A stretch of DNA of 64,000 bases from Minisyncoccota bacterium (GTDB taxonomy: Bacteria > Patescibacteriota > Minisyncoccia > Phycocordibacterales > UBA2100), in the NCBI GenBank assembly GCA_031291875.1, contig JARLIE010000040.1:67011-131010 (forward strand). The letters run 5' to 3'. Positions 45,567 to 54,698 of this stretch are shown here, in pieces; the first letter of the stretch is position 1, and each line of letters starts with the position of its first letter. The notes below the pieces were generated by a model. It was given only the letters and a program-made list of their open reading frames with translations, had not been told where the DNA came from and ran no database searches. Position numbers and translations under genes: made by a program.

Positions 45567-47156
45567 ATGACGCAGGATGAAACTTTCGCAATTCTGAAAA
45601 CTGGTCTCAATGTATTCCTGACTGGTGAGCCGGGAAGCGGCAAGACGCACACCATCAATCGTTACGTGGAGTGGTTGCGAGCGCGCGGCGTAGAGCCCGC
45701 AGTAACCGCTTCGACCGGTATTGCCGCGACGCATATCAATGGCATGACGATCCACTCATGGAGTGGAATCGGTATCAAATCCAACATTTCAAAGTACGAT
45801 ATTGAGCTGATCCAAAGCCGCGAAAAAACCGCGATGCGGATCGTGCAGGCTAAGGTTTTGATCATCGACGAAATATCGATGCTCGACGCGGCGACGCTCG
45901 ATAGTGTCGATCGCGTCTTGCGATCACTGCGCCGCAGGCCGCTTCGCGAAGAAGAACCCTTCGGCGGGCTGCAGGTCGTGTTCGTCGGCGACTTTTTCCA
46001 ACTCCCTCCTGTTTCAAGAAAAGATGAAGCCAAATTTGCCTTTGAATCTGTGGCGTGGAAGGCAGCGAATCCGGTTATCTGCTATTTGAATGAACAGCAC
46101 CGGCAAGAGGACGGTGAGTTTTTGCAATTACTCGGCGAATTTCGCCGCGGAACGCTAACTGCCGCGCATCGCGCAAGGCTGCGGGCTCGCGCGGGCGCAT
46201 ATTCAGAGGCAACAGTCGCGACACGTCTGTATCCGCACAACGACAACGTCGATCGTATCAATCAAGAGTCGCTCGCGAAGATTGAAGGGAACCTGCACGT
46301 CTATCACATGCTTTCGCGCGGACCGAAAAATCTCGTCGATTCACTCAAGCAACAATGCCTTTCTCCGGAAAGGCTAGAACTCAAAGAAGGCGCCAAGGTG
46401 CTTTTTACGCGCAATAATTTCGATGCGGGGTACGTGAACGGCACGCTTGGCGAGGTGATCGATTTCACAGCGCTTGGCGCCCCGATCGTAAAGACGAAAA
46501 AGACGACGATTACCGTCGAGCCGATTGATTGGGCGATCCAAGACGGCAACAAGTTGCTTGCGAAGATCACCCAGGTACCGCTGCGGCTTGCTTGGGCGAT
46601 CACCGTGCATAAGTCGCAAGGCATGTCGCTCGATGCCGCGGTCATCGATCTTTCTCAGGCATTCGAATATGGCCAAGGGTACGTCGCCATTTCGCGCGTC
46701 CGAACTCTGGATGGACTGTATCTCGAAGGTTTCAACGAACGAGCGCTCGAACTGCACCCGAGGGTCGCGGCCGCGGATCGCCATTTCCGTGCCTACTCCG
46801 ACGCCGCGCGCAAAAAATTCGCCGCATTACCGCAAGACGAAAAAGACAAGTTGGAACATAACTTCTTGCGGGCGATCGGTGCGCACGAGCCGCAGGAGAT
46901 CGAGACTCTTGAACCGCAAAAAAGCAAATTGGAAACGCTGCGAGAAAAATTTCCGAACGCGGGAAAGCCTTGGAGCAAGGAAGATGATGCCAAACTCGCG
47001 AACATGTTCGCCGCGAAGAAAAAGTACGACGAGATCGGACTGGAGTTTGGTCGGAAAGCTTCCGCGATCGAGGCTCGGCTCGCGCACCTCGGGTTGATAG
47101 AGCAAACCTGGTTCCAAAAGCGCGATCAAAAGAAGGGTGGTGAGGCACTTGCATAA
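45567..47156 (+). CDS. PIF1-family 5'-3' DNA helicase with C-terminal extension
   Basis: Walker A TGEPGSGKTHT, Walker B LIIDEISML, PIF1 signature VFVGDFFQLPPV. ~90-aa C-terminal helical extension. Confidence 0.8.
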   Translation: MTQDETFAILKTGLNVFLTGEPGSGKTHTINRYVEWLRARGVEPAVTASTGIAATHINGMTIHSWSGIGIKSNISKYDIELIQSREKTAMRIVQAKVLIIDEISMLDAATLDSVDRVLRSLRRRPLREEEPFGGLQVVFVGDFFQLPPVSRKDEAKFAFESVAWKAANPVICYLNEQHRQEDGEFLQLLGEFRRGTLTAAHRARLRARAGAYSEATVATRLYPHNDNVDRINQESLAKIEGNLHVYHMLSRGPKNLVDSLKQQCLSPERLELKEGAKVLFTRNNFDAGYVNGTLGEVIDFTALGAPIVKTKKTTITVEPIDWAIQDGNKLLAKITQVPLRLAWAITVHKSQGMSLDAAVIDLSQAFEYGQGYVAISRVRTLDGLYLEGFNERALELHPRVAAADRHFRAYSDAARKKFAALPQDEKDKLEHNFLRAIGAHEPQEIETLEPQKSKLETLREKFPNAGKPWSKEDDAKLANMFAAKKKYDEIGLEFGRKASAIEARLAHLGLIEQTWFQKRDQKKGGEALA

Positions 47157-47226
47157 TATAGGGCTCGTGGTGTAACATAATCGGAGCTTTGGGGTAATTG
47201 AGCCCCATTGTTTCTGGGAGGAATCT

Positions 47227-47406
47227 ATGATTAATGCGACTGAGCCGACGCAGGCGTCGAATAGCGACAACCGCTTCTTTCTGGCCGTCAGAGGGGGAGC
47301 GGTTATCGAAGGGACGCGCCATTCCGAAGCTGAAGTGCGGAAAGTCGTCGACACGCTGACTCACAGCGGGAAAGACTCGCACTATCTGTACCACGATCGG
47401 CAGTAG
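47227..47406 (+). CDS. small protein (59 aa), paralog A
   Basis: Strong SD GGGAGG 7 nt upstream. Followed by terminator hairpin GGCCGGTGCA-gtcaa-TGCACCGGCC. Shares the NRFFLAVRGGAVIEG / DRNLVTIAGEIAGRY pattern with the next ORF. Confidence 0.35.
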   Translation: MINATEPTQASNSDNRFFLAVRGGAVIEGTRHSEAEVRKVVDTLTHSGKDSHYLYHDRQ

Positions 47407-47588
47407 CTCATCCGCGCAAGTATCGATTCATTCTTCCTACAGGCCGGTGCGTCAATGCACCGGCCTTTCAGTATCGTCTTGCGGCTTGTGTGGTATAACC
47501 ATGCGGGCTGGTATCGCGTCCTGTAGTCGTGTTGCGTTCGTGCGCGGGGCAGAGGGCTACGTCACAAAGCAAAGCATGGGGAATTGAA

Positions 47589-47783
47589 ATGGAAGGGCTT
47601 GTCTTTTCAGAGGTCAAGAACGATAGAAATCTCGTTACGATCGCTGGAGAAATAGCCGGAAGATATGTCCTGAAGAGCTGCACCAATTCGCAGTGCGGAC
47701 GCATCCTGGAGGAACTCTTGGAAACGATGGGGTACGACCCTCAGAGAGATCACATTCGAATCAGCAGGCATGACGCCTGGTAG
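47589..47783 (+). CDS. small protein (64 aa), paralog B
   Basis: ATG preceded by GGGGA. Followed by a strong terminator. Sequence similarity to 47227-47406. Confidence 0.35.
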   Translation: MEGLVFSEVKNDRNLVTIAGEIAGRYVLKSCTNSQCGRILEELLETMGYDPQRDHIRISRHDAW

Positions 47784-47793
47784 AGTCACCATG

Positions 47794-47828
47794 AGGCCGG
47801 CGCCGTTTCGCGCCGGCCTTATTTTTTT
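47794..47828 (+). terminator. rho-independent terminator
   Basis: AGGCCGGCGC-cgtttc-GCGCCGGCCT followed by TATTTTTTTGC. Confidence 0.7.
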
Positions 47829-47844
47829 GCTACCATAGATTCAA

Positions 47845-50688
47845 ATGGCTGAAAATCAACAAAAATCGGAGGTGGCGAAACGCGAAGAGGAAGTCCTCGC
47901 GTTCTGGGACGAGCGAGAAATTTTCAAAAAATCGATAGAAAAAGAAGCTCTTAAGGGCGAGTATGTTTTTTACGATGGCCCGCCTTTTGCGACCGGATTG
48001 CCGCACTACGGCCACATTGTTGCTTCGGTACTCAAGGATGTCGTGCCGCGCTATCGCACGATGCAGGGATATCGCGTGCCGCGCGTTTGGGGGTGGGATT
48101 GCCACGGACTTCCGATCGAGAACATCGTCGAAAAGGAGCTCGGCTTCAAACATAAAAAAGATATTCGCGCCTACGGCATCGAGAAGTTCAATGAAATGTG
48201 CCGACAGCGCGTGCTCACGTATGTGCACGAATGGGAGCGAATCATCCCGCGCATCGGGCGTTGGGCCGACATGGAGCACGCCTACAAAACAATGGACATG
48301 CCGTTTATGGAATCGGTGTGGTGGGTTTTCAAATCGATCTATGACAAGGGGTTGGTATACGAGGACTATCGCGTAATGCACATCTGCCCGCGTTGTGAGA
48401 CGACGCTGAGCCAACAGGAGGTTTCGGAAGGGTACAAGGATGTGAAAGATATCGCGGTCAGCGTTAGTTTCAAACTAAAGAATCCCGAAAAGATCGGCCT
48501 CTCGGGCGAGGTGTACCTGCTCGCGTGGACGACGACACCGTGGACATTGCCGGGCAATGTCGCGCTCGCAGTAGGCGAGGGCATCATCTACCGGGTTTTT
48601 GAAAGGGACGGTAAAAAATATATCGCAGCGCTCGATCGGAGTGAATCGCTCGGCATACAGGATCAAAAGATGGGCCATCAATTTATGGGCAAAGAACTCG
48701 TGGGGCTGGAGTACGAGCCGCTGTTCGACTACTACGTCACCGACGAGCATTTGAAGAATCGCGAGAATGGCTGGAAGGTTTACGCCGCGGATTTCGTTAC
48801 GGCGGACGAGGGTACCGGCATCGCGCACGAAGCGCCGGCGTTTGGCGCCGACGACTGGGCGCTTTTGAAAAAATACAACTTGCCGTTCGTGCAGCACGTG
48901 AATTACGACGGCACGTTCAAGCCGGAGGTAAAAGCATTCGCCGGCATGGAGGTAAAGCCGCTTGGCGAAGACAGTGTGCGGCTCGCGGCTGATATCGCCG
49001 TGTTGAAGTATTTGCAGGAGCATGGTTTCCTCTTCGCAAAGCAAAACATCGTGCACTCGTATCCGCATTGCTGGCGCTGTGATTCGCCGCTTCTCAACTA
49101 CGCCACCTCATCCTGGTTTGTGAAGGTCGAAGAGCAAAAGGTGGAACTTTTGAAAAATGCTGAGCCGATCAACTGGTCGCCCGAACACGTCAAAAGCGGG
49201 CGTTGGGGGAAATGGCTCGAAGGCGCGCGCGATTGGTCTATTTCGCGCCAGCGCTTCTGGGCGAGCGTGCTACCGATTTGGGTATGCGAAACGTGTAAAG
49301 AAAAGCGCGTTTTTGGAAGCGCAGCGGAGCTCGAAGCGGCAAGCGGCAAAAAGGTCACGGATTTGCACAAACACGTCGTCGACGAGATTCTCGTACCGTG
49401 CGCCTGCGGCGGCTCGATGAAGCGCGTACCCGATGTGCTCGACACCTGGTTCGATTCTGGTTCGATGCCTTATGGCGAAGAACACTATCCGTTTGAAAAT
49501 AAAGAGTCGTTCGAACACACATTTCCCGCGCAATTTATCGCGGAAGGACAAGATCAAACGCGCGCATGGTTTTACTACCTACACCTGCTCGGGACGTCGC
49601 TCTTCGACAAAAACGCGTTCCAGAACGTGATCGTGAACGGTATCGTGCTCGCCGAAGACGGCAAAAAGATGTCGAAGCGACTCCAAAATTACCCTGACCC
49701 GATGGAGGTCGTCGAGAAATACGGTGCCGACGCCCTGCGTCTCTACTTGCTCGCAAGCCCCGTCATGCAGGCGGAAAATCTGAACTTTTCTGAAAAAGGC
49801 GTTGCGGAATGGAAAGGGGTGCTCACACGTCTTGAAAATGTACTTTCCTTTTACCAGCTCTATCGTAATGAGTTGGTGCACGAAGCGAGCGACGAGAGCG
49901 CTCAGGTGCTCGATCGTTGGATCGTCGCGCGATTGCGACAGACCCAAGCTGAAGTAACGAGCGCAATGGAGGCATACAACCTTACCGCTGCGACACGACC
50001 GTTTGCGGCTCTTGTGGATGATCTTTCCACCTGGTATTTGCGCCGTTCTCGTGATCGCATCAAAGGCGACGACGAAGCAGACAAAAAAGCGGCGCTTGCA
50101 ACAACGTTGTACGTTTTGCGCGAAGTATCGAAACTCATCGCCCCGTTCGCCCCGTTCGTGGCCGATTATATTTGGCAGGCACTCAAAGAAACCGGCGATG
50201 TCGAAAGTGTGCATCTTGCGCACTGGCCGAGCGCGCCGAGCGCTAGATTCCTCTCGAAGCTCTTTGGCGGCGCGGCGGATCAGAATATCGAACATATGAC
50301 GCTTGCTCGTGGATTTGTTACGCAGGCGCTGGAGGCGCGCGAAAAGGCGGGGATCAAGGTTCGTCAGCCCCTTTCGCTGCTTACCATTCCCGCCGACTCC
50401 AATCTTCCCGAGGAGTATTTTACGATCGTCGCCGAGGAAGTGAATGTTAAGAGGGTTGAATCGAAGGGCGAAACGGTGGCGCTGGACACCAATCTCACCG
50501 ACGAACTTCGAGAAGAAGGTGTCGTTCGCGACGCGATTCGTGAGATTCAATCATTCCGCAAAGAAAGGGGACTCAAGCCGGGCGAACATGCGACGTATAA
50601 GGGCGAATTTTCGGACGTACAGCGGAAGGTTATCGAAAAGAATCTCGATCTCATTCAAAAGGCCACCACAACCACGATAGAATTGTAG
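47845..50688 (+). CDS. ileS: isoleucyl-tRNA synthetase (type 2, eukaryote/archaeal-like)
   Basis: PPFATGLPHYGHI (HYGH), KMSKR (KMSKS), editing and anticodon-binding domains. 947 aa. Confidence 0.9.
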   Translation: MAENQQKSEVAKREEEVLAFWDEREIFKKSIEKEALKGEYVFYDGPPFATGLPHYGHIVASVLKDVVPRYRTMQGYRVPRVWGWDCHGLPIENIVEKELGFKHKKDIRAYGIEKFNEMCRQRVLTYVHEWERIIPRIGRWADMEHAYKTMDMPFMESVWWVFKSIYDKGLVYEDYRVMHICPRCETTLSQQEVSEGYKDVKDIAVSVSFKLKNPEKIGLSGEVYLLAWTTTPWTLPGNVALAVGEGIIYRVFERDGKKYIAALDRSESLGIQDQKMGHQFMGKELVGLEYEPLFDYYVTDEHLKNRENGWKVYAADFVTADEGTGIAHEAPAFGADDWALLKKYNLPFVQHVNYDGTFKPEVKAFAGMEVKPLGEDSVRLAADIAVLKYLQEHGFLFAKQNIVHSYPHCWRCDSPLLNYATSSWFVKVEEQKVELLKNAEPINWSPEHVKSGRWGKWLEGARDWSISRQRFWASVLPIWVCETCKEKRVFGSAAELEAASGKKVTDLHKHVVDEILVPCACGGSMKRVPDVLDTWFDSGSMPYGEEHYPFENKESFEHTFPAQFIAEGQDQTRAWFYYLHLLGTSLFDKNAFQNVIVNGIVLAEDGKKMSKRLQNYPDPMEVVEKYGADALRLYLLASPVMQAENLNFSEKGVAEWKGVLTRLENVLSFYQLYRNELVHEASDESAQVLDRWIVARLRQTQAEVTSAMEAYNLTAATRPFAALVDDLSTWYLRRSRDRIKGDDEADKKAALATTLYVLREVSKLIAPFAPFVADYIWQALKETGDVESVHLAHWPSAPSARFLSKLFGGAADQNIEHMTLARGFVTQALEAREKAGIKVRQPLSLLTIPADSNLPEEYFTIVAEEVNVKRVESKGETVALDTNLTDELREEGVVRDAIREIQSFRKERGLKPGEHATYKGEFSDVQRKVIEKNLDLIQKATTTTIEL

Positions 50689-50689
50689 G

Positions 50690-51262
50690 ATGTACCAGAA
50701 ATACCACACGGAGGCGCTTATTCTCGGCAGCCGCGAATACGGCGAGTCGGATAAGGTGTTCGCGCTCTACACGAGCGACTTCGGGTTGGTGCGTGCTCGC
50801 GCCTCCTCGGTGCGCAGTGAGAGTTCCAAAATGCGGTTCGCGTTGCAAAAGTACGCGCGCGCACGCGTTTCGCTGGTGAAGGGGAAACGTGGTTGGCGCG
50901 TGGCGGGAGCGACAGCGCTGCAAAATACGAGTGGCGACGTGCGCGGCGTCGCGACATTTGCGCGAATTTCCGAGCTTGTGTTGCGGCTCGTACACGGAGA
51001 AGAAAAGAACGACTACCTCTTTGCGGCGCTCGCCGAAGCGCACGAGGCGCTCATGGTTGCGCAGTGCGACGTATGGGCGACGATCGAGATCGTCTGCGTC
51101 GCGCGCACACTTTTCGCGCTCGGCTACATTTCGAGCGAGGCGCTTTCGACCGCGCTTTTCACACATACCGCTTATACGGGCGAATCGCTTCTTGAAGCGG
51201 AAACCATGAAAGACAAGCTCTTACACTCGATCAATAAGGCGATTGCGGAAACGCAATTGTAG
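50690..51262 (+). CDS. recO: DNA repair protein RecO (short form)
   Basis: N-terminal OB-fold region matches RecO (HTEALILGSREYGESDKVFALYTSDFGLVRARA...). Shorter than canonical RecO. Confidence 0.6.
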   Translation: MYQKYHTEALILGSREYGESDKVFALYTSDFGLVRARASSVRSESSKMRFALQKYARARVSLVKGKRGWRVAGATALQNTSGDVRGVATFARISELVLRLVHGEEKNDYLFAALAEAHEALMVAQCDVWATIEIVCVARTLFALGYISSEALSTALFTHTAYTGESLLEAETMKDKLLHSINKAIAETQL

Positions 51263-51277
51263 CGGTACGCTCTCGAC

Positions 51278-51709
51278 ATGCTCCGTATTTCCCACATCAA
51301 AACCGTTACCGATTCGCAGTGGGAAAATATCGTTTCACTCGAACAAGAGCTCCATGAGTCGAGCAAACAGTATCCGCGTGAAAACTTAAACGCGATGCTC
51401 GCGAACGATCAGGTTTTTGTGTTGGCCGTGCAAGATGGCGAGCGCATCATCGGCATGGCAACGTTGTACCTTCAACAGAAAATCGATAATCGCGCCGCGT
51501 GGGTCGAAGACGTGATTGTGAGTGACGAGTATCGCGGTCGCGGTCTGGGGAAGCAGCTTATGGAAGAGCTCATAAAAACAGCGAGGGAAGAGGGTGTTCT
51601 GACGCTGAACCTGACATCACGATCATCGCGCGTCGCTGCGAACGCGTTGTATCAAAAATTAGGGTTCGAACAACGAGATACGAACGTCTATAAAATGAAG
51701 TTGTTGTAG
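51278..51709 (+). CDS. GNAT-family N-acetyltransferase
   Basis: Acetyl-CoA binding motif RGRGLGKQLMEELIKTAREEG. Confidence 0.75.
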   Translation: MLRISHIKTVTDSQWENIVSLEQELHESSKQYPRENLNAMLANDQVFVLAVQDGERIIGMATLYLQQKIDNRAAWVEDVIVSDEYRGRGLGKQLMEELIKTAREEGVLTLNLTSRSSRVAANALYQKLGFEQRDTNVYKMKLL

Positions 51710-51710
51710 T

Positions 51711-52862
51711 ATGGCTCGCGTAAAGATAAGCGAATATCGAGCCAAAAAGATTTTACTTGGCGATTCGTACAAGGGTATTTTGGTTCGCACTGAAGAAAAG
51801 CAAAAGATGCCCAAGGGCGGGACCTGGGTGGCCAAAGTCGACCAGGGCGTCAAAAAGCGCTTTAAACAAGGACTTGTTGCCGTCGGTGTAACGCCGGCGC
51901 AGGCGGCGAAGAAGTTTGCGCTCTGGCAAAAGGAAGGCTTCTCGCAGTTCCTGCTCGAACCGCTCGTCCCGCACAAATCGGAAGAAGAACAGTACCTTTC
52001 GCTCGACCGTGTTCGCGAGGGGATTCGCGTGCTGCATGCAGGCGAGGGCGGAATCGACATCGAAACACATCCGGAGAAAGTCGGCACGTATACCATTGCG
52101 AACGATGAAGATCTCGCAATAGTTTCGAGTGCGACAAATATCCCGCAAACGTTTTTACGACACGTTCTGGAAGTATTCGATAAAAACTTTTTCGCCTTTC
52201 TTGAAATCAATCCGCTGGTCATCCAAGGCGGTAAGGCGCACTTGCTCGATGCCGCGTGCCTCGTTGACAGTGCTGGAGAATTTTTCGTTACGTCATGGGG
52301 GCAAGACGATATCGTGAAGTCGAGAGCCGCGCATGAGTCGGAAGCTCGCGTTGAAGAATTACAAAACACGACGCCGGCCTCACTCAAGCTCTCCGTCATC
52401 AACCCGAACGGTTCGCTGTTTTTCCTGCTCTCGGGTGGCGGCGGCTCGATCGTCATTGCCGACGAAGCGGAGCTTGAAGGCGCAGGGAAGCTCATCGGCA
52501 ATTACGGCGAATACAGCGGCGGTCCGACGCGGCAAGAGACCTATTTATATGCAAAAGAAGTGATTGCGCTCATGCTCAAGTCGAACGCGAAGAAGAAGGC
52601 ACTGGTGATCGCAGGGGGCGTGGCGAACTTTACCGACGTTCAAAAAACATTCGCCGGCATCATCGACGCGCTTTCTGAGTTTGCGCCCAAGCTACGCGAA
52701 CAAAAGGTGAAAGTATTCGTCCGTCGAGGAGGTCCGAATGAGAAAGCGGGACTCGAACTCATGTGTGCATTTTTGGACCGCGAAAAGCTGTTCGGCTCGA
52801 TTCACGGATCAGATGATGTGATTACAAGTGCGGTTGCCGATGCTATCAAATTTGCTGTATGA
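51711..52862 (+). CDS. aclB: ATP-citrate lyase, ATP-grasp (beta) subunit
   Basis: Collinear with the N-terminus of eukaryotic ACLY/AclB: ISEYRAKKIL, FLLEPLVPH, FLEINPLV, ASLKLSVINPNGSLFFLLSGGGGSIV, GNYGEYSGGPTRQETYLYAK, VFVRRGGPN. Confidence 0.85.
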   Translation: MARVKISEYRAKKILLGDSYKGILVRTEEKQKMPKGGTWVAKVDQGVKKRFKQGLVAVGVTPAQAAKKFALWQKEGFSQFLLEPLVPHKSEEEQYLSLDRVREGIRVLHAGEGGIDIETHPEKVGTYTIANDEDLAIVSSATNIPQTFLRHVLEVFDKNFFAFLEINPLVIQGGKAHLLDAACLVDSAGEFFVTSWGQDDIVKSRAAHESEARVEELQNTTPASLKLSVINPNGSLFFLLSGGGGSIVIADEAELEGAGKLIGNYGEYSGGPTRQETYLYAKEVIALMLKSNAKKKALVIAGGVANFTDVQKTFAGIIDALSEFAPKLREQKVKVFVRRGGPNEKAGLELMCAFLDREKLFGSIHGSDDVITSAVADAIKFAV

Positions 52863-54643
52863 ACTTTATCGACGCAACACGAAAGGGGAAAGAGGGCATT
52901 CTTGTTTTGGGGAACCATCCGCAGATCGTGCAGTCGATCCTCGATTTTGATTTCGTGTGCGGCAAGCGCGAACCGTCGGTCGTGGCAGTGATCGGAGGAG
53001 CAAGGCGAGCGCAGAAATTTTTTTTCGGCCCATCCGAACTATTGATCCCGTGTTTCGCCGACGTTTCGAAAGTTCCTCAAGGCCTGCGCGGCAAGATCTT
53101 CTGGATGCTGAACGTGCAGTCTGGACGACGTTCATTCGACTCGACGGTTTCATTTTTTGAAACGTTCCCTCATGCGCTCGGTGGACATCTCTTCGCCGAA
53201 AACATTCCCGAGCGGCATTCCACCGAACTCATTAGGCGTTTTGGCGCTACAAAGCTGCTCGCCGGCCCCTCCGGCGTCGGCTTTCTTGTGCCCGGCTATC
53301 TGAAATTGGGGGCGATCGGTGGAACGGACGCAGCGATGTTAGAAGCATCCAAGCTGGCGACTGAGGGAACGATTGCGGTTGTTTCCACCTCCGGCGGCAT
53401 GACCAACGAGCTTATACGCGCGGTCGCGAACGCGGGGAAGCGGCTTTCGTTCGCTATTTCGATTGGTGGAGATCGTTTCCCGGTAACCTCGCTTTCCGAG
53501 GTGCTCCTGCTCGCGCAAAGCGATTCCAAAACGAAAGCCATCGTGTATTTTGGCGAACTCGGCGGCGTCGATGAATACGAGATCGTGGAGCTGATCGAAA
53601 AGAAAAAGCTCACGAAGCCGGTGTTGGCGTATGTTGCTGGGATCATCGACGAGGCATTCGACGAACATATGCAGTTTGGACACGCCAAAGCGCTCGTCGC
53701 CCGGCCGAGCGAAAGCGCGCGCGCAAAACGCGACGCCCTGCGCAAGGCGGGAGCGCTCGCCCCAGAAACCTTTCCGGAATTCCTCGCACGCATGAAAAAA
53801 CTCCCAGGCACGACCGTTCGGGACATGGCGCTTCCCATGGACGCGCTGCAAAAACGCCGTGCGAGCGTCCTCTCCACGCGTCAGGTCGTCGATCTCGACG
53901 AAACTCCGATATTCGTCAAAGCCAAAAAACTCGTTTCGCAAAAAGAAGGATTCGCGACGAAGATTTTTGAGTCACTACTTGATCGAAAGCTCCGCTCTCC
54001 AAGTACTGCTGGCTTTGCCGAGGCGGTATTCGGTCTTTTGATAGACCATGGCGGGGAAGTCTCGGGCGCGGTCAATACTATGATTTCGGCGCGCGCGGGC
54101 AGAGACCTTGTTTCATCGCTCGCGAGCGGTCTTCTGACGATCGGGCCCCGTTTTGGCGGCGCAGTGAACGCTGCTGCGGGGCAATGGCTCGATGGCGTCT
54201 GTGGCGCCGAATCTGCTGCCGAGTTCGTCGAAAAAAGAACGAAGGGCGGGAATCTTCTCGCCGGCATCGGGCACCGCAAATACAGGGTCGGCATTCCCGA
54301 CCCGCGTGTCGCGGCACTCGCGGATTTTGCGACGCTCTTGAAGCAACACCCTTATTACGATTTTGCCCGTGAGGTAGAGAAAGTGACAACGGCAAAGAAC
54401 GGCTCCCTTATTTTGAATGTCGACGGCGTCATGGCGGCGCTCGCGCTCGATATCTTTGCGCAGTGCGAGCAACTCTCTCAAGATGAATTGCGTGAACTCG
54501 TAACGACGGAGTTCTTCAATGCACTTTTCGTGATTCCGCGAACCGTCGGATTTATTGCGCATTTTATGGAGCAAAAGAAGAACGACGAAGGATTGTTCCG
54601 CTTGCCGGAGGAATTGCTTTTCGTGCGAAGGAAAAAGAAGTAG
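52859..54643 (+). CDS. aclA: ATP-citrate lyase, CoA-binding/citrate-synthase-like (alpha) subunit
   Basis: LDFDFVCGKREPSVVAV, phosphohistidine loop QFGHAKA, IDHGGEVSGAVNTMISARAGRDLVSSLASGLLTIGPRFGGA, GIGHRKYRVGIPDPRV, C-terminal GFIAHFMEQKK...LFRLPEE. All collinear with ACLY/AclA. Confidence 0.85.
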   Translation: MNFIDATRKGKEGILVLGNHPQIVQSILDFDFVCGKREPSVVAVIGGARRAQKFFFGPSELLIPCFADVSKVPQGLRGKIFWMLNVQSGRRSFDSTVSFFETFPHALGGHLFAENIPERHSTELIRRFGATKLLAGPSGVGFLVPGYLKLGAIGGTDAAMLEASKLATEGTIAVVSTSGGMTNELIRAVANAGKRLSFAISIGGDRFPVTSLSEVLLLAQSDSKTKAIVYFGELGGVDEYEIVELIEKKKLTKPVLAYVAGIIDEAFDEHMQFGHAKALVARPSESARAKRDALRKAGALAPETFPEFLARMKKLPGTTVRDMALPMDALQKRRASVLSTRQVVDLDETPIFVKAKKLVSQKEGFATKIFESLLDRKLRSPSTAGFAEAVFGLLIDHGGEVSGAVNTMISARAGRDLVSSLASGLLTIGPRFGGAVNAAAGQWLDGVCGAESAAEFVEKRTKGGNLLAGIGHRKYRVGIPDPRVAALADFATLLKQHPYYDFAREVEKVTTAKNGSLILNVDGVMAALALDIFAQCEQLSQDELRELVTTEFFNALFVIPRTVGFIAHFMEQKKNDEGLFRLPEELLFVRRKKK

Positions 54644-54698
54644 GGAAGGTGAGGTAGTACCGTACCGCCTCGCTGGGCCTCGCGGTATACTAGGGGAC

